Positions 39,506-49,533 are shown, numbered from the whole stretch's first letter. The stretch is DNA of 63,972 nucleotides, filler included, from an uncultured Methanosarcinales archaeon (GCA_964434885.1; 7 parts of 5 records of this genome joined end to end with filler, not necessarily neighbours in it); one strand, 5' to 3'. Translations and numbers: made by a program. Notes: a model not told the origin generated them from the letters alone.

Positions 39506-41167
39506 ATGTTTACCAAAAGAGGTCAGTCAGCAGCAGGAGCTGCAGTATTATTAGCCATTATTATGGGTCTAATTATTCTATTTATTATTCTCTTGCCTCC
39601 TGCAGAAAGAGCTAAGTTACTAGATGAATCATCCACTTCAAACTTTTCCAAAACAACAGGTACTAGTGGAGTAAAGACAGTTAATGAAAATTTATTAAGG
39701 TCTAATCCTGGAAGATTAAGCTATTTAAGTGAAACTTCCATAGATAAAGTTGTCCCTTCAACCAGAGTTGTCACAAAAGATAAATCAACCATTCTCACTG
39801 AAAAATCATACATAACCACTAAAAAAAGTGTCTTCTCATCTAAAGAAGAAAAAATTTATTTTGAAATCCCAGATTTAACTAATACCAATAATATTCTATT
39901 AAGTTTTAGTATTGATTCTTATCAAGGAGATTTAATTATATTATTAAACAATAGGGAAATATTTAATAAACAAGCCCACCAAATCAAACCATTAAAATTA
40001 TCTAAAGCAATTCTAAGCAAAAAAAATACCTTAACTTTCAAAGTCTCCTCACCCGGAGCTGCATTTTGGAGAACTAACAAATATGATCTAAGCAAAATAA
40101 AAGTTGTTGCTCAAGTAAATGATATTAGTGGACAAGAAAGTAAAAACCTATTCAATATAAAAACTGATGAAGCAAAAAATATCGAAAGTGTTAGCCTTAG
40201 ATTTAGTTTAAGTTGTTCTCAAAACAATATGGGTAAACTATCTGTAAAAATTAATGATTATTTAGTTTTTTCTGGAGTCCCAAACAATTGTGAAGATTTA
40301 ATGTATTATAAAATCCCCCCAAGCAAAATAAAAGCTGGAAGTAATTGGTTATTATTCAAAGTTGATAAAGGAGATTATAGTATCAATCAAATTTCAGTTA
40401 AAATTAAAAGAAAAAAAGTATCTTATCCAGTATATTATTTTGATTTAAATAAAAAATACTTTACTGCTTCCTCTTCTGATGCTACCTGTGGTGTAGTTGA
40501 TGGTTTATGTCCGACAAATTGTGGGGAAGATGTGGATAAAGATTGTTGCTTTGCAACTTATTCTACCCCTTATTGGTGTGATACTAAAACTAAAAACTCA
40601 GGAGATCGTTGTGTTGGAAGTGTCGATTTAAATGACTGCAGTCGTTGCGTTACTGGTTATGAAGACAAAACAGGAGAAGCACCATCCAATTGCGAAGGTC
40701 TTTGTGGAGACGATACAGATAATTATTGTCCTAGTGGTTGTCAAGCTGATTACGATAAAGATTGTTGCTTTGAAAAAGCAGGCAGTCAGTTCTGGTGTGC
40801 TGATTTACCAACCAGTGGTTTAGATTTCACTTGTTTAAATTCCGTCAGCTCAGGACAATGTAATATTTGTGATACTGGATACAATGGAGAAAGCGAATCA
40901 ACTAGTTGTCCAGCTAAAAAAACAACTACTGAAACTAATCAATTAAAATCAGCATATGATTTATTGCTTTCTTTAGACTTTGCTGACGATGAAAAAAAGG
41001 AAGCAGAAATTTATGTCAACGGACATAAAATCAGTTTTGATACTTACAAAACAGAATTCTCTCGCAATATTAAAAGGTATGCTACTCCTTGGACTAACTC
41101 TATTAAAATTATTCCTAAAAATAGTTTCGATCTAAAAACCCTAAAAGTAGATTTAAAAAGCAAATAA
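39506..41167 (+). CDS. Surface protein with class III (archaeal prepilin-type) signal peptide and Cys-rich insert
   Basis: MFTKRG|QSAAGAAVLLAIIMGLIILFIILL; beta-rich body. Confidence 0.75.
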   Translation: MFTKRGQSAAGAAVLLAIIMGLIILFIILLPPAERAKLLDESSTSNFSKTTGTSGVKTVNENLLRSNPGRLSYLSETSIDKVVPSTRVVTKDKSTILTEKSYITTKKSVFSSKEEKIYFEIPDLTNTNNILLSFSIDSYQGDLIILLNNREIFNKQAHQIKPLKLSKAILSKKNTLTFKVSSPGAAFWRTNKYDLSKIKVVAQVNDISGQESKNLFNIKTDEAKNIESVSLRFSLSCSQNNMGKLSVKINDYLVFSGVPNNCEDLMYYKIPPSKIKAGSNWLLFKVDKGDYSINQISVKIKRKKVSYPVYYFDLNKKYFTASSSDATCGVVDGLCPTNCGEDVDKDCCFATYSTPYWCDTKTKNSGDRCVGSVDLNDCSRCVTGYEDKTGEAPSNCEGLCGDDTDNYCPSGCQADYDKDCCFEKAGSQFWCADLPTSGLDFTCLNSVSSGQCNICDTGYNGESESTSCPAKKTTTETNQLKSAYDLLLSLDFADDEKKEAEIYVNGHKISFDTYKTEFSRNIKRYATPWTNSIKIIPKNSFDLKTLKVDLKSK

Positions 41168-41228
41168 TTCTTTTTTTAGTAACCTTTTTATACCCAGACA
41201 AATTAGTCTTAAATATAAAAAGAGGACG

Positions 41229-42338
41229 ATGGCAGGAAATTTAAGTAGAATTGGAGATGTAATGAGTGGAGGGAATAAAAATATTTCTCTTTTTATGATC
41301 TTTTTAGGTTTTTTAGCTTATTGGCTTAAAATTAATGGCACCTATACTAATCAGTCTCCATTTAGTATAACTATGTCTTTGTTTTTATTTATACTTGCTG
41401 GTTATGCTTTAGCAAATAAAATGGAAACTGCTAGAGCAGGAGTATTCTTACCGATGTTATTATTTTCTCTTTGGTATTTTGCCTTTGGAGCTAGTTATGA
41501 TCCCAGATTCTTAATTTATTTCATCACCATTAGTTTTGTAATTATTATCTCACCTATGCTTTTTTCTAAAGGCAAAAGTGTTATGCCAGAATTAATTGGA
41601 CTATTGCCTGTATTATTTCTTTTTTTAGATCAAGGCATGTTACCTTTTCTAATCAAAAAGTTAAATTGGCCCTTAACAGATTTAATGAAAAATTTGATTT
41701 TGTATATGCCTTGGTGGTCTTTTTTTGGAATATTCACTCTCCCCTCTAAAGCATCAGATAATGAACTACTTAATTTCCTTGTTGGTTCCCTTAAAGTTGC
41801 TGGAATATTTTATATCGTCTTCATGTTTGTTGCTCCCACCATTCCAACTTTGGGTTATAATTCTTCTGCCCTTCCAGAAATCAAAGAACTACAAAAAGCA
41901 CAAGACAATGTTTTAAAAAAATTCCCTAAAACAGAAAACCCTGCTTGGTCAAATTTTTTGTGCACCATAAAAGTAGCTACTAATCCCACCAAACAATTAG
42001 ATGTAGAACAATGTATTAAAGATAAACAAGAAACCTCAGCCATTAAATATCAATGTATTGAAGTTAAAAAACTAAAAAAAGATACGGGGGCCTATAAAAA
42101 TTGTGCAGATAAAGTCAAAAAAGATAGAAAAACAGCAGTAGGAATTATTGGTACTTCAGACCCCACCATTAAACAACCAACCACTATCAATTTAGAAAAA
42201 CAATTTGAACAAAAAACTATTTTCATCAAAAAAGGTGATACTTCTCGTCTTAGATTTCCAGCTATCTTAAAAATAAAAAACCCTCAAAAAAGAAAATTAA
42301 CTGCTAAAGTTAGCTGTAATTTTAAAAAAGGGGATCAA
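41229..42338 (+). CDS. Polytopic membrane protein with C-terminal extracellular domain (3'-truncated)
   Basis: About 7 hydrophobic segments, then a Cys-containing soluble domain. Confidence 0.7.
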
Positions 42339-42438
42339 NNNNNNNNNNNNNNNNNNNNNNNNNNNNNNNNNNNNNNNNNNNNTTAATTAATTAANNNNNN
42401 NNNNNNNNNNNNNNNNNNNNNNNNNNNNNNNNNNNNNN
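42339..42438. other. Artificial contig spacer
   Basis: N44-TTAATTAATTAA-N44. Confidence 0.99.
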
Positions 42439-42502
42439 CTTAACTTTTTTAGTTACCTTTTATTTACCTTTAACCCGTATTCAAATTAAAGGACAATAGT
42501 TA

Positions 42503-43258
42503 TCACCAAGGATCCTTCCAGAAATAATTAAAGTACCTCATAAAAGATTCTTTGATCTCTTTTGATTCTAGGACAAATGCAAATGATTGCTTCCCCCATA
42601 ATATCTGAGCAACTTTGTTTCCATAGATAGCAATAATTAAGGGAGACGAAAGGTTCTTAGGCAGCTCGCATCTTTTGTAATACATCATTTTTTGTGCTTG
42701 GATGTTTTCTGGTTCGAGTCCCTCAAGGTAAGTACCATGATCAACAAGATCATAAAGCATTCTTTTCATCCTTGTTCTTTTCTTCATCCAATGTTTGAAC
42801 CAGTTCTTCAAATTGATATGTTCAACCCCAGAATTACCTCCAATCCAATAAGATTCATCGTAATCTAACATTTCATTCAGTATAGCTTTCATCGATTCGT
42901 TACCACGAAAAACCTCTGCCCTGATCTTTGTTTTCTTCTCATTAAAAACAGAAATTAATTCTGGAAGATGAGGTTGGATCTTCTCTTGTTGAGTTTCAAT
43001 ATCTTTCTTTTTGTCTTCAAGATAATCAATAATCTTGTTTGGGTGGGTAATCTGAAATGTTCGTTTTCCTTTTTCGAGAGTATAGCTTACTAATCCTTTT
43101 TCTATTAGCTTATTTAATATATCATAAATATTTCTTCTGTCAATACCTGTCTTCTCATGAATACTGTGAAGCGAAGATGTTCCAATTTCTAGCATCGCTA
43201 AGTATACTTTGGCTTCTCCTTCTGAAAAGCCAATCGTTCTTAAGTAGCTTATTTCCAT
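42503..43258 (-). CDS. TrmB-family transcriptional regulator
   Basis: LRTIGFSEGEAKVYLAMLEIG...IYDILNKLIEKGLVSY. Confidence 0.9.
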   Translation of the reverse strand: MEISYLRTIGFSEGEAKVYLAMLEIGTSSLHSIHEKTGIDRRNIYDILNKLIEKGLVSYTLEKGKRTFQITHPNKIIDYLEDKKKDIETQQEKIQPHLPELISVFNEKKTKIRAEVFRGNESMKAILNEMLDYDESYWIGGNSGVEHINLKNWFKHWMKKRTRMKRMLYDLVDHGTYLEGLEPENIQAQKMMYYKRCELPKNLSSPLIIAIYGNKVAQILWGKQSFAFVLESKEIKESFMRYFNYFWKDPW

Positions 43259-43289
43259 CCATTTGGGTAAATTAAACTCATTTATATAT

Positions 43290-43316
43290 TTTGTGGTAGT
43301 ATTACATTACCACAAA
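43290..43316. promoter_or_regulatory. Palindromic operator between divergent TATA boxes
   Basis: TTTGTGGTA-n9-TACCACAAA perfect 9-bp inverted repeat, flanked by tttatata (43281) and tatttaaa (43319). Confidence 0.65.
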
Positions 43317-43365
43317 CATATTTAAACTATCTTGTTACTCCTTCTAGATAGTATATAGATACGAA

Positions 43366-44247
43366 ATGAATCTCACTAAATTAACATTTGAAGACGAAAA
43401 AACTTTCAGAAGTTTTGTAGGAAGGTTTCGCCCAACTAGTGATCGTTTTGAGGATAGTTGGGCTTATATTTTACAAGCAACAAGAAAATGGCCAAAGAAA
43501 TATCTTAATGGAGAAAACTTAGTTCTTTTATCGAAAAAAGAAGATGGAACTTGTGTCATCCCCCATTACTTTTGCTCTGATGAAGTTTTGGTTGGTTTAG
43601 TAAGAGATTTAGGTCAAAAAGCAATATTGAAAAATGTAAGTCCAAAAGATGTTGAGAGATTAAAACATTTAGGATTTGAAGAGTATGGGGAAGGAGAAAG
43701 ATGGTCTCATGGATGTCTTTATGATAATCAAACATTCCCTCAACAAATATTGAACCTAGATAAATTGTTGAGCTTACGTGGGAAAGAATACTCTCGTTTA
43801 AGAGGAGAATTAAATGGTTCGAGAAGGAAAGTAAAAACAATAGAGAGGAGAAGTTATAACCCAGCAAGAGATAAAGATGCAGTAAGGGATATAATTTTAT
43901 CACAAGAAGAAAGAAATCCTGGCACGCTTGATTCTCATGAAATGTATTTGGAACTCGAACGTTCTTCTTTTCTAGTTCCTTCTGTTTTTACAGTTGGTGG
44001 AAAAATTATAGGTTATACTTTGGTGGATCATATTTCAGACACTTGTGCGGCTTTTAATGCTTTAGTTTATGATACCAATATCTCCCAGTTATCATCTCGT
44101 CTAACATTTGAGTCAGCAAGAATGTTGGTTGATATGGGATATCGATTATTTAATCTACAAGGTTCAGAGACTGCTGGTGTTGATAGATGGAAAAGAAAAT
44201 TTAATCCGATAAACTCAAATTATAGAAAACACCTAATTTTCAAGTAA
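43366..44247 (+). CDS. DUF2156/MprF C-terminal-like (Fem/dupli-GNAT) putative aminoacyl-tRNA-dependent transferase
   Basis: LLSLRGKEYSRLRGELN...FNLQGSETAGVDRWKRKFNP resembles the L.GKK...R..N and N......GL..K..F.P motifs of this family; no TM segments. Confidence 0.65.
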   Translation: MNLTKLTFEDEKTFRSFVGRFRPTSDRFEDSWAYILQATRKWPKKYLNGENLVLLSKKEDGTCVIPHYFCSDEVLVGLVRDLGQKAILKNVSPKDVERLKHLGFEEYGEGERWSHGCLYDNQTFPQQILNLDKLLSLRGKEYSRLRGELNGSRRKVKTIERRSYNPARDKDAVRDIILSQEERNPGTLDSHEMYLELERSSFLVPSVFTVGGKIIGYTLVDHISDTCAAFNALVYDTNISQLSSRLTFESARMLVDMGYRLFNLQGSETAGVDRWKRKFNPINSNYRKHLIFK

Positions 44248-44257
44248 AATTAATCAA

Positions 44258-44923
44258 ATGAGAAGTAAAGTTACTGATAGCTTTATTAAAAAGCAAAAAG
44301 CGAAAGAGTTTCCTTATTTAATTAAAGTTCTTGGTTTTGAGATTCAAGTAGAAAAGGATGTTTACCCCCCAAGTGAAGATTCTACACTTTTAGCAGAAGA
44401 ATTAGAAAATGAAGTGTATGGTGTAAAACCTAACGAAAAAGTTTTGGATTTTGGGACTGGAACTGGTTATTTTGCATTAGTTGCTGCCCAAAGAGGAGGA
44501 AATATTGTTGCTATTGATGTTAATCCTATGGCAATTCAATGTTCAAGAAAGAATGCACTGAGAAATAGTTTAGAAGATAAAATTGAATTTAGAGAAGGAA
44601 GATCCTTTGAAATAATTCCTCCTAATGAAAAATACGATGTTGTAATGGTAAGCTTGCCATTCGAAGCAGCAGAACCAAATGATAATTTTGAAATGAGTGT
44701 TTATGATAATAATTTTGAAACAAGAAAAGAATTCTTCAGAAAAATTAAAGATCATTTAACTGAAAAAGGTAGGATCTTTTTTGCATATGCAGATTACGCG
44801 GAGGAGGTTGCACCACTTACTGATTTTCTTGAAAATTTTGATTACAAACTAATTTCTGAAAAGATAAGTAATGATAGTGAGTTAAATAGAGTTTACCTAA
44901 TCACACCTAAATCTAGGATGTAA
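44258..44923 (+). CDS. Class I SAM-dependent methyltransferase (HemK/PrmC-like)
   Basis: DVYPPSEDSTLL, VLDFGTGTG, AIDVNP; motif IV is SLPF. Confidence 0.88.
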   Translation: MRSKVTDSFIKKQKAKEFPYLIKVLGFEIQVEKDVYPPSEDSTLLAEELENEVYGVKPNEKVLDFGTGTGYFALVAAQRGGNIVAIDVNPMAIQCSRKNALRNSLEDKIEFREGRSFEIIPPNEKYDVVMVSLPFEAAEPNDNFEMSVYDNNFETRKEFFRKIKDHLTEKGRIFFAYADYAEEVAPLTDFLENFDYKLISEKISNDSELNRVYLITPKSRM

Positions 44924-45049
44924 GTACCCATAATTAGATTTAACACTAATTAACTTCTTTAGATGGAAGTAAAAAATCGGTCAATTTTAACAAGTAATAA
45001 CTCACACCATTATTTTATAGACGAGAAAAATAAAAAATAAAGAAAAAAA

Positions 45050-45820
45050 TTAAATTTTGTTTTGTTGTTTCTGGGGCGGTTGTTGGCTCTGTGGGAATTG
45101 ATATTCGCCAGGTGGGTAAGCCATAGGTTGTTGGTAATCATTTGCCTGCGGATAGCCATTTGGTTGCTGAGGTATATCTTGCTGATAACCATTAACCTGT
45201 TGTCCATTGGGTTCTTGATAAACTTGTGGTTGCTGTCGATTCATATTCTGTTGAGGAGAACTAACTTGTTGTGGCTGTCGGTTAAAGTTACTTCTTCTAG
45301 TCTTACGGACGTGATCCCAACGCATGTGATATCCACTTACCCTTCTTTTCTTTTTATCCTTGGCTCCTGGCGGTCTTCCTAGTCTTACACCTTGAGCTTT
45401 CAAATAATCCAATTTTGCTTGCGTTCTTTCTCTAATCAAACTTCTTTCGAGTTCGGCAACAGCACCAATAATTTGTAGGAAAAAGACACCTTGGGCTGAT
45501 GTAGTATCGATCTCTGGACTAACACAAATAAATTGAACATCTTTGTTATTCCACTCTTCCGTCAAATTGATCAAATGTTTGAGAGACCGTCCTAATCTAT
45601 CCAATTTAGCTACGAGAACTGTATCAAATTCTTTCCTTCTGATGGCAAACATCATCTGATCTAATTGGGTTCTGGAAGTAGTGGCTCCGCTAATCTTCTC
45701 CTCGAAAACTTCATAGTCCCACTTATTCTCTTTACACTTATCAATCAATGGTTGTCTCTGCTGATCTAATGTTTGATCACTGGTTGAAACCCTACAGTAT
45801 ATCGCTACTCGTTTTGTCAT
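45050..45820 (-). CDS. Serine recombinase (resolvase/invertase family) with Q/P/N-rich tail
   Basis: YCRVST (catalytic S), SG....R, KLDRLGRS, ELERSLIRERT, LGRP. Confidence 0.93.
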   Translation of the reverse strand: MTKRVAIYCRVSTSDQTLDQQRQPLIDKCKENKWDYEVFEEKISGATTSRTQLDQMMFAIRRKEFDTVLVAKLDRLGRSLKHLINLTEEWNNKDVQFICVSPEIDTTSAQGVFFLQIIGAVAELERSLIRERTQAKLDYLKAQGVRLGRPPGAKDKKKRRVSGYHMRWDHVRKTRRSNFNRQPQQVSSPQQNMNRQQPQVYQEPNGQQVNGYQQDIPQQPNGYPQANDYQQPMAYPPGEYQFPQSQQPPQKQQNKI

Positions 45821-45831
45821 TTTTTCACCTC

Positions 45832-45984
45832 CTAAAAATACATTTCTTTCGGTAACATTCTAAAAACTTTGGTCCCACAAATAGCACAACTACCAGTAAC
45901 TGCTTGTCTACCATTTTTCATCACCACTTGTCTTATCTTATCTATCTCCACTTTCTTTTTACATTTCATGCATACTGCTTTCAT
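45832..45984 (-). CDS. Small zinc-ribbon protein (DUF5679-like), 50 aa, absent from the ORF track
   Basis: Manual translation MKAVCMKCKKKVEIDKIRQVVMKNGRQAVTGSCAICGTKVFRMLPKEMYF*; GGAGGT SD. Confidence 0.8.
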   Translation of the reverse strand: MKAVCMKCKKKVEIDKIRQVVMKNGRQAVTGSCAICGTKVFRMLPKEMYF

Positions 45985-45990
45985 TTTTCC

Positions 45991-46158
45991 TTACCTCCGC
46001 CTAATAGTTTTTACAATCCTCTCTTTCCCAAACTTAGTTTTCAATCTCCGATCAAGTTTTACTAATTCTTCCAGTAATTTGTTAGTATTCTCATCCACGC
46101 AACTAATGGTCCAGCTGACACCAGAACTTAACCTCTTTAGATTAACTTTTTTCTCCAT
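45991..46158 (-). CDS. Small basic protein, 55 aa, absent from the ORF track
   Basis: MEKKVNLKRLSSGVSWTISCVDENTNKLLEELVKLDRRLKTKFGKERIVKTIRRR*; GGAGGT SD; tight operon spacing. Confidence 0.65.
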   Translation of the reverse strand: MEKKVNLKRLSSGVSWTISCVDENTNKLLEELVKLDRRLKTKFGKERIVKTIRRR

Positions 46159-46160
46159 TT

Positions 46161-46370
46161 TTACCTCCCCCTCATTTCTTTACTAAATTCTTTAATCCAT
46201 TTGATGACAGTTAGTAGTACTGCCAAAGCTAATACTCCAATACCTAACCAAAATACCCCCAAAACAATTGTTGAACTAATCACAGGGAATTTAGTTCTAA
46301 GCAGTTCCAGAATAAAGCTAATAATTATTAGTCCAACTGGAACCAAAACCAGTTCTTTGTAACCAAACAT
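46161..46370 (-). CDS. Small 2-TM membrane protein
   Basis: Two hydrophobic helices; GGAGGTGA SD. Confidence 0.7.
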   Translation of the reverse strand: MFGYKELVLVPVGLIIISFILELLRTKFPVISSTIVLGVFWLGIGVLALAVLLTVIKWIKEFSKEMRGR

Positions 46371-46450
46371 TTTTTCTCACCTCCAATATAGTCTTGTACG
46401 GTTAATAGTGCGGTTAGATTTCTAGGTTTCAGGTGCCTTAACCCTAGAAA

Positions 46451-49319
46451 TTAGCCATTTGTGCGGTTTAAATCCATTAGTATATCTGAGTTCTTTTTTC
46501 CACTAAATTGTAACTGTATAAACTCACCCATATCCTTCCTTAACAACATTTTAATATCATATTTAGCATAACTATTCCATTTACGATTTTCAGTTAAAAC
46601 AATGTAAACTCTTTCCCCATACTTCTTTTTAGCCAGAGAGAATTTGCGGTCAGTCCATTCTTTATCTGTCTTCAAAGCTTTGCCTGTTTCAATCTCCAAA
46701 ACAATTTTTTGCTTAACTTTATTTTCAAAAATAATATCTGGTTCCTTTGTTCGTTTCACCCAGATTTTGTTAGTATATTTTTTTAGCTCATTAACAATTA
46801 AACCAACTAAGAAAGTGTGGTCAGTTGATTCTGGCGGGCAAGGTTTAACATAATAGTAATGGGGACCAGACCCCAACCCATGACCTTTTTTATACACATA
46901 TTCATGATTAATCAAAACATTCTGTTGTAAAACTTTTAGATCATTTACTGGATAAACCAACTGCATTAAATCTACATTGGCTTTATCGGTTTCTTTTTTT
47001 GTTTTTGGCTCTTTAGGTTTTTTCTTTTCACTAATCTTAATCATTTCATCAGGATTAGTGGTGATTAATTTGTGTTCTACTGGTGAAGATATTACTTGCA
47101 ATTCTTGGTGTTCGTTTTCTAAGATTAGTATTCCTCCGCCTAGTTTGGCAGTGATCAAAAAATCTTTTTCGGCTTGGCTAAGATTAAATGTTTTAGCTAC
47201 ATTTCCCATCACGGCTGGTTTCTGTCTTAATAAGAAAGTGTAAGAAGTATTAGCTAAAACAGCATGACCTGCCTTTGAACTAACTAAGTCGGCTACGTCC
47301 TGAGTAATCATTAATAACCCAAGATTAAATTTTCTACAGGTCTTTACAATTTCAAAAATGTAGGAAGATTCTTCAGCTGTTTGAAGTAAACTCCACGCCT
47401 CATCAATGATCAGAAGCTTTCTGTTATTGCTTCCTTTCATTTTCATATAAACATAATCCAGAACTAAGTACATTACCACTGGTTTAACCTGCTTCGGCAT
47501 GTTGCCAATATTAAAGCAAACAAAATTATTATCAAAATTAATCTGAGTATGTCTATCTAAAAAACCAAAGACTCCTTCTTTAGTATACATTCTGATCCTA
47601 TTTAACAAAGCTCGATAAGTTACTTGCTCCTGATGAACTGCCTTCTTTTCTAACGTTTCCAGCATAGTAAATAAATCAGACATAGTTGGAGGTTGGTAAT
47701 TCTCATAATCATCTCGGGTAATACCACAGTTCTCATAAGTCAAGTCTATAGCCTTATCTAGAATAGATTTCTGCAACTCGTTTAAGTCACCACCAAACAT
47801 TATATGGAACAAGTCCATCAAAGAAAGTCTTTTCTCTAAGTACTCATGACCCATTAAATCAAGAGGGTTTATTATTGTTTTAGAATCTTTTGAGATGGTT
47901 ATATTTTCTCCTTTGTAATGGTCTGTTATAGCTAAGTATTCTCCTTGCGGATCGATGATAATAACATCACAACCATTCAAGAATTGTCGGGATAAAAGTA
48001 ACTTGACAAAATAACTCTTACCAGATCCAGAGGTAGCAAGTACAGTACCATTCGCGTTAGCTAATTTGAAAATATTTTTAATATAAGGAATTTGATTCTT
48101 ATTCAAACCCAATAAGATTCCATCATTCTCAACATCTAAAAAGGGGCTGGAGAAAGGAAAGAAAGCAGCTAACCCTTCAGTATGAACATTTCTTTTAATT
48201 CCCAGTTTGTTATTGGCTAAGGGAAGCATGCTGGCGTATGATTCCATCATTTGAAACAGTGGCACTTTGCTTTGAATCATCAGGCCGTCCAAATCCGCTT
48301 TGATTTTCTTAGCCATTAAGTCAACTTCATTTTTATCCTTGCCTTTACACTTGATATACAAAGAAACATTAAACAGCTTCTGTTTACCTTTCTGCAAGTC
48401 TTCAAGAACTTTCTTAGTAGATTTAAATTTGATTTCTAAACTAGGATTTAAAATTCCTTTCTTGCTATCCACATAAAGATCAGACTGCTGCTTCTGTAAC
48501 TCTCTGTTAAGCTGAACCATAGTCAGATCAATAGGAAATGGCTTGATATGAATAGTGATATCATACTTCTCTCCCGAACTAATAATTTTATCTAAGAAAC
48601 TCATTTCCACACTGTGCGGATAACCAGTAACTGATATAACCTTACAGAATTTTTCATCTTCCTTAAAATAATCTGGATGAAACTTTACTTTCTCTGGGGC
48701 ATACAAGAAATGAGCCACATCTTTGATTTCTTCTTTCTTAGATTCTTTTTGTTTCTGATGGGCAATATAAGAATGAAACATTTCAGAGATTTGATCTTGG
48801 TTAAGTTGTCTGACCTTTAGTCCTAAGCTAGAAAGATTTTCACTGCAAACTTTAACCTGTATATTCAGATCATCTTTCTCTTTGATAATTATGTAAAAAT
48901 TCCTGTTTTGAATACAATTATCTTCAATAGATTTTCTGATGAATTCACAGTAAGAATTTATCAACCCTTTCAAGTAATTGATCTCTTTCTTTTGTTCTTC
49001 TTTTTCTTTGTTAGTCTGAGGTTTATGTTTCTTAATTTCCTTGATCTTTTCTTTGGCTTTGTCATCTGTGTATTTGAAATGCTCGCTTAACTTGATGGTG
49101 TTACTTGTAATGTGGATTTGGATTGGAAAATCTAAGCTGTTCAGGAACTTTTGGAAGCCAACTGTAATGGATTCTTTTTCTTCTTCAGTCTTTAACATGA
49201 AGTTCATAGGGATAACTTCTAGAATAGCTAATTTAGATTTTGATTGATGAACTGCCTTATCTTCTATTTTCTTAATATCAACAATCTGTTTAAGCTCTTT
49301 ACTTAAGACTTCAACTTCC
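46451..49319 (-). CDS. virB4: VirB4-like conjugation ATPase with C-terminal PD-(D/E)XK-like domain (5'-truncated; frame open to contig edge)
   Basis: Walker A ATSGSGKS, IIIDPQGEY, INPLD, Walker B IIDEAW, RKFNLGLLMITQ; N-terminal F..FLNSLDFPIQI; C-terminal H...V...EPDIIF...LEIETG. Confidence 0.88.
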
Positions 49320-49419
49320 NNNNNNNNNNNNNNNNNNNNNNNNNNNNNNNNNNNNNNNNNNNNTTAATTAATTAANNNNNNNNNNNNNNNNNNNNNNNNN
49401 NNNNNNNNNNNNNNNNNNN
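49320..49419. other. Artificial contig spacer
   Basis: N44-TTAATTAATTAA-N44. Confidence 0.99.
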
Positions 49420-49533
49420 CAATTAATGCAGATGCATATCAAAGAATTAAAAGATATGGGTGTTGATTTGGTTGCTCAAGCAAAAGAAGTAAAAAAAGTA
49501 AAAAGTAAAAAACCTATTGAAGATATTTTATAA

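Larger units (their letters stand above)
42439..49319. mobile_element. Fragment of a putative conjugative/integrative element (whole contig D)
   Basis: VirB4 ATPase, serine recombinase, small strong-SD ORFs and a cargo module; no housekeeping genes. Confidence 0.6.

Noticed and set aside
44931..44970. Short inverted repeats (taattag/ctaatta, acttc/gaagt) as a res site
   Set aside because: They are short and AT-rich, expected by chance or as terminators between convergent genes.
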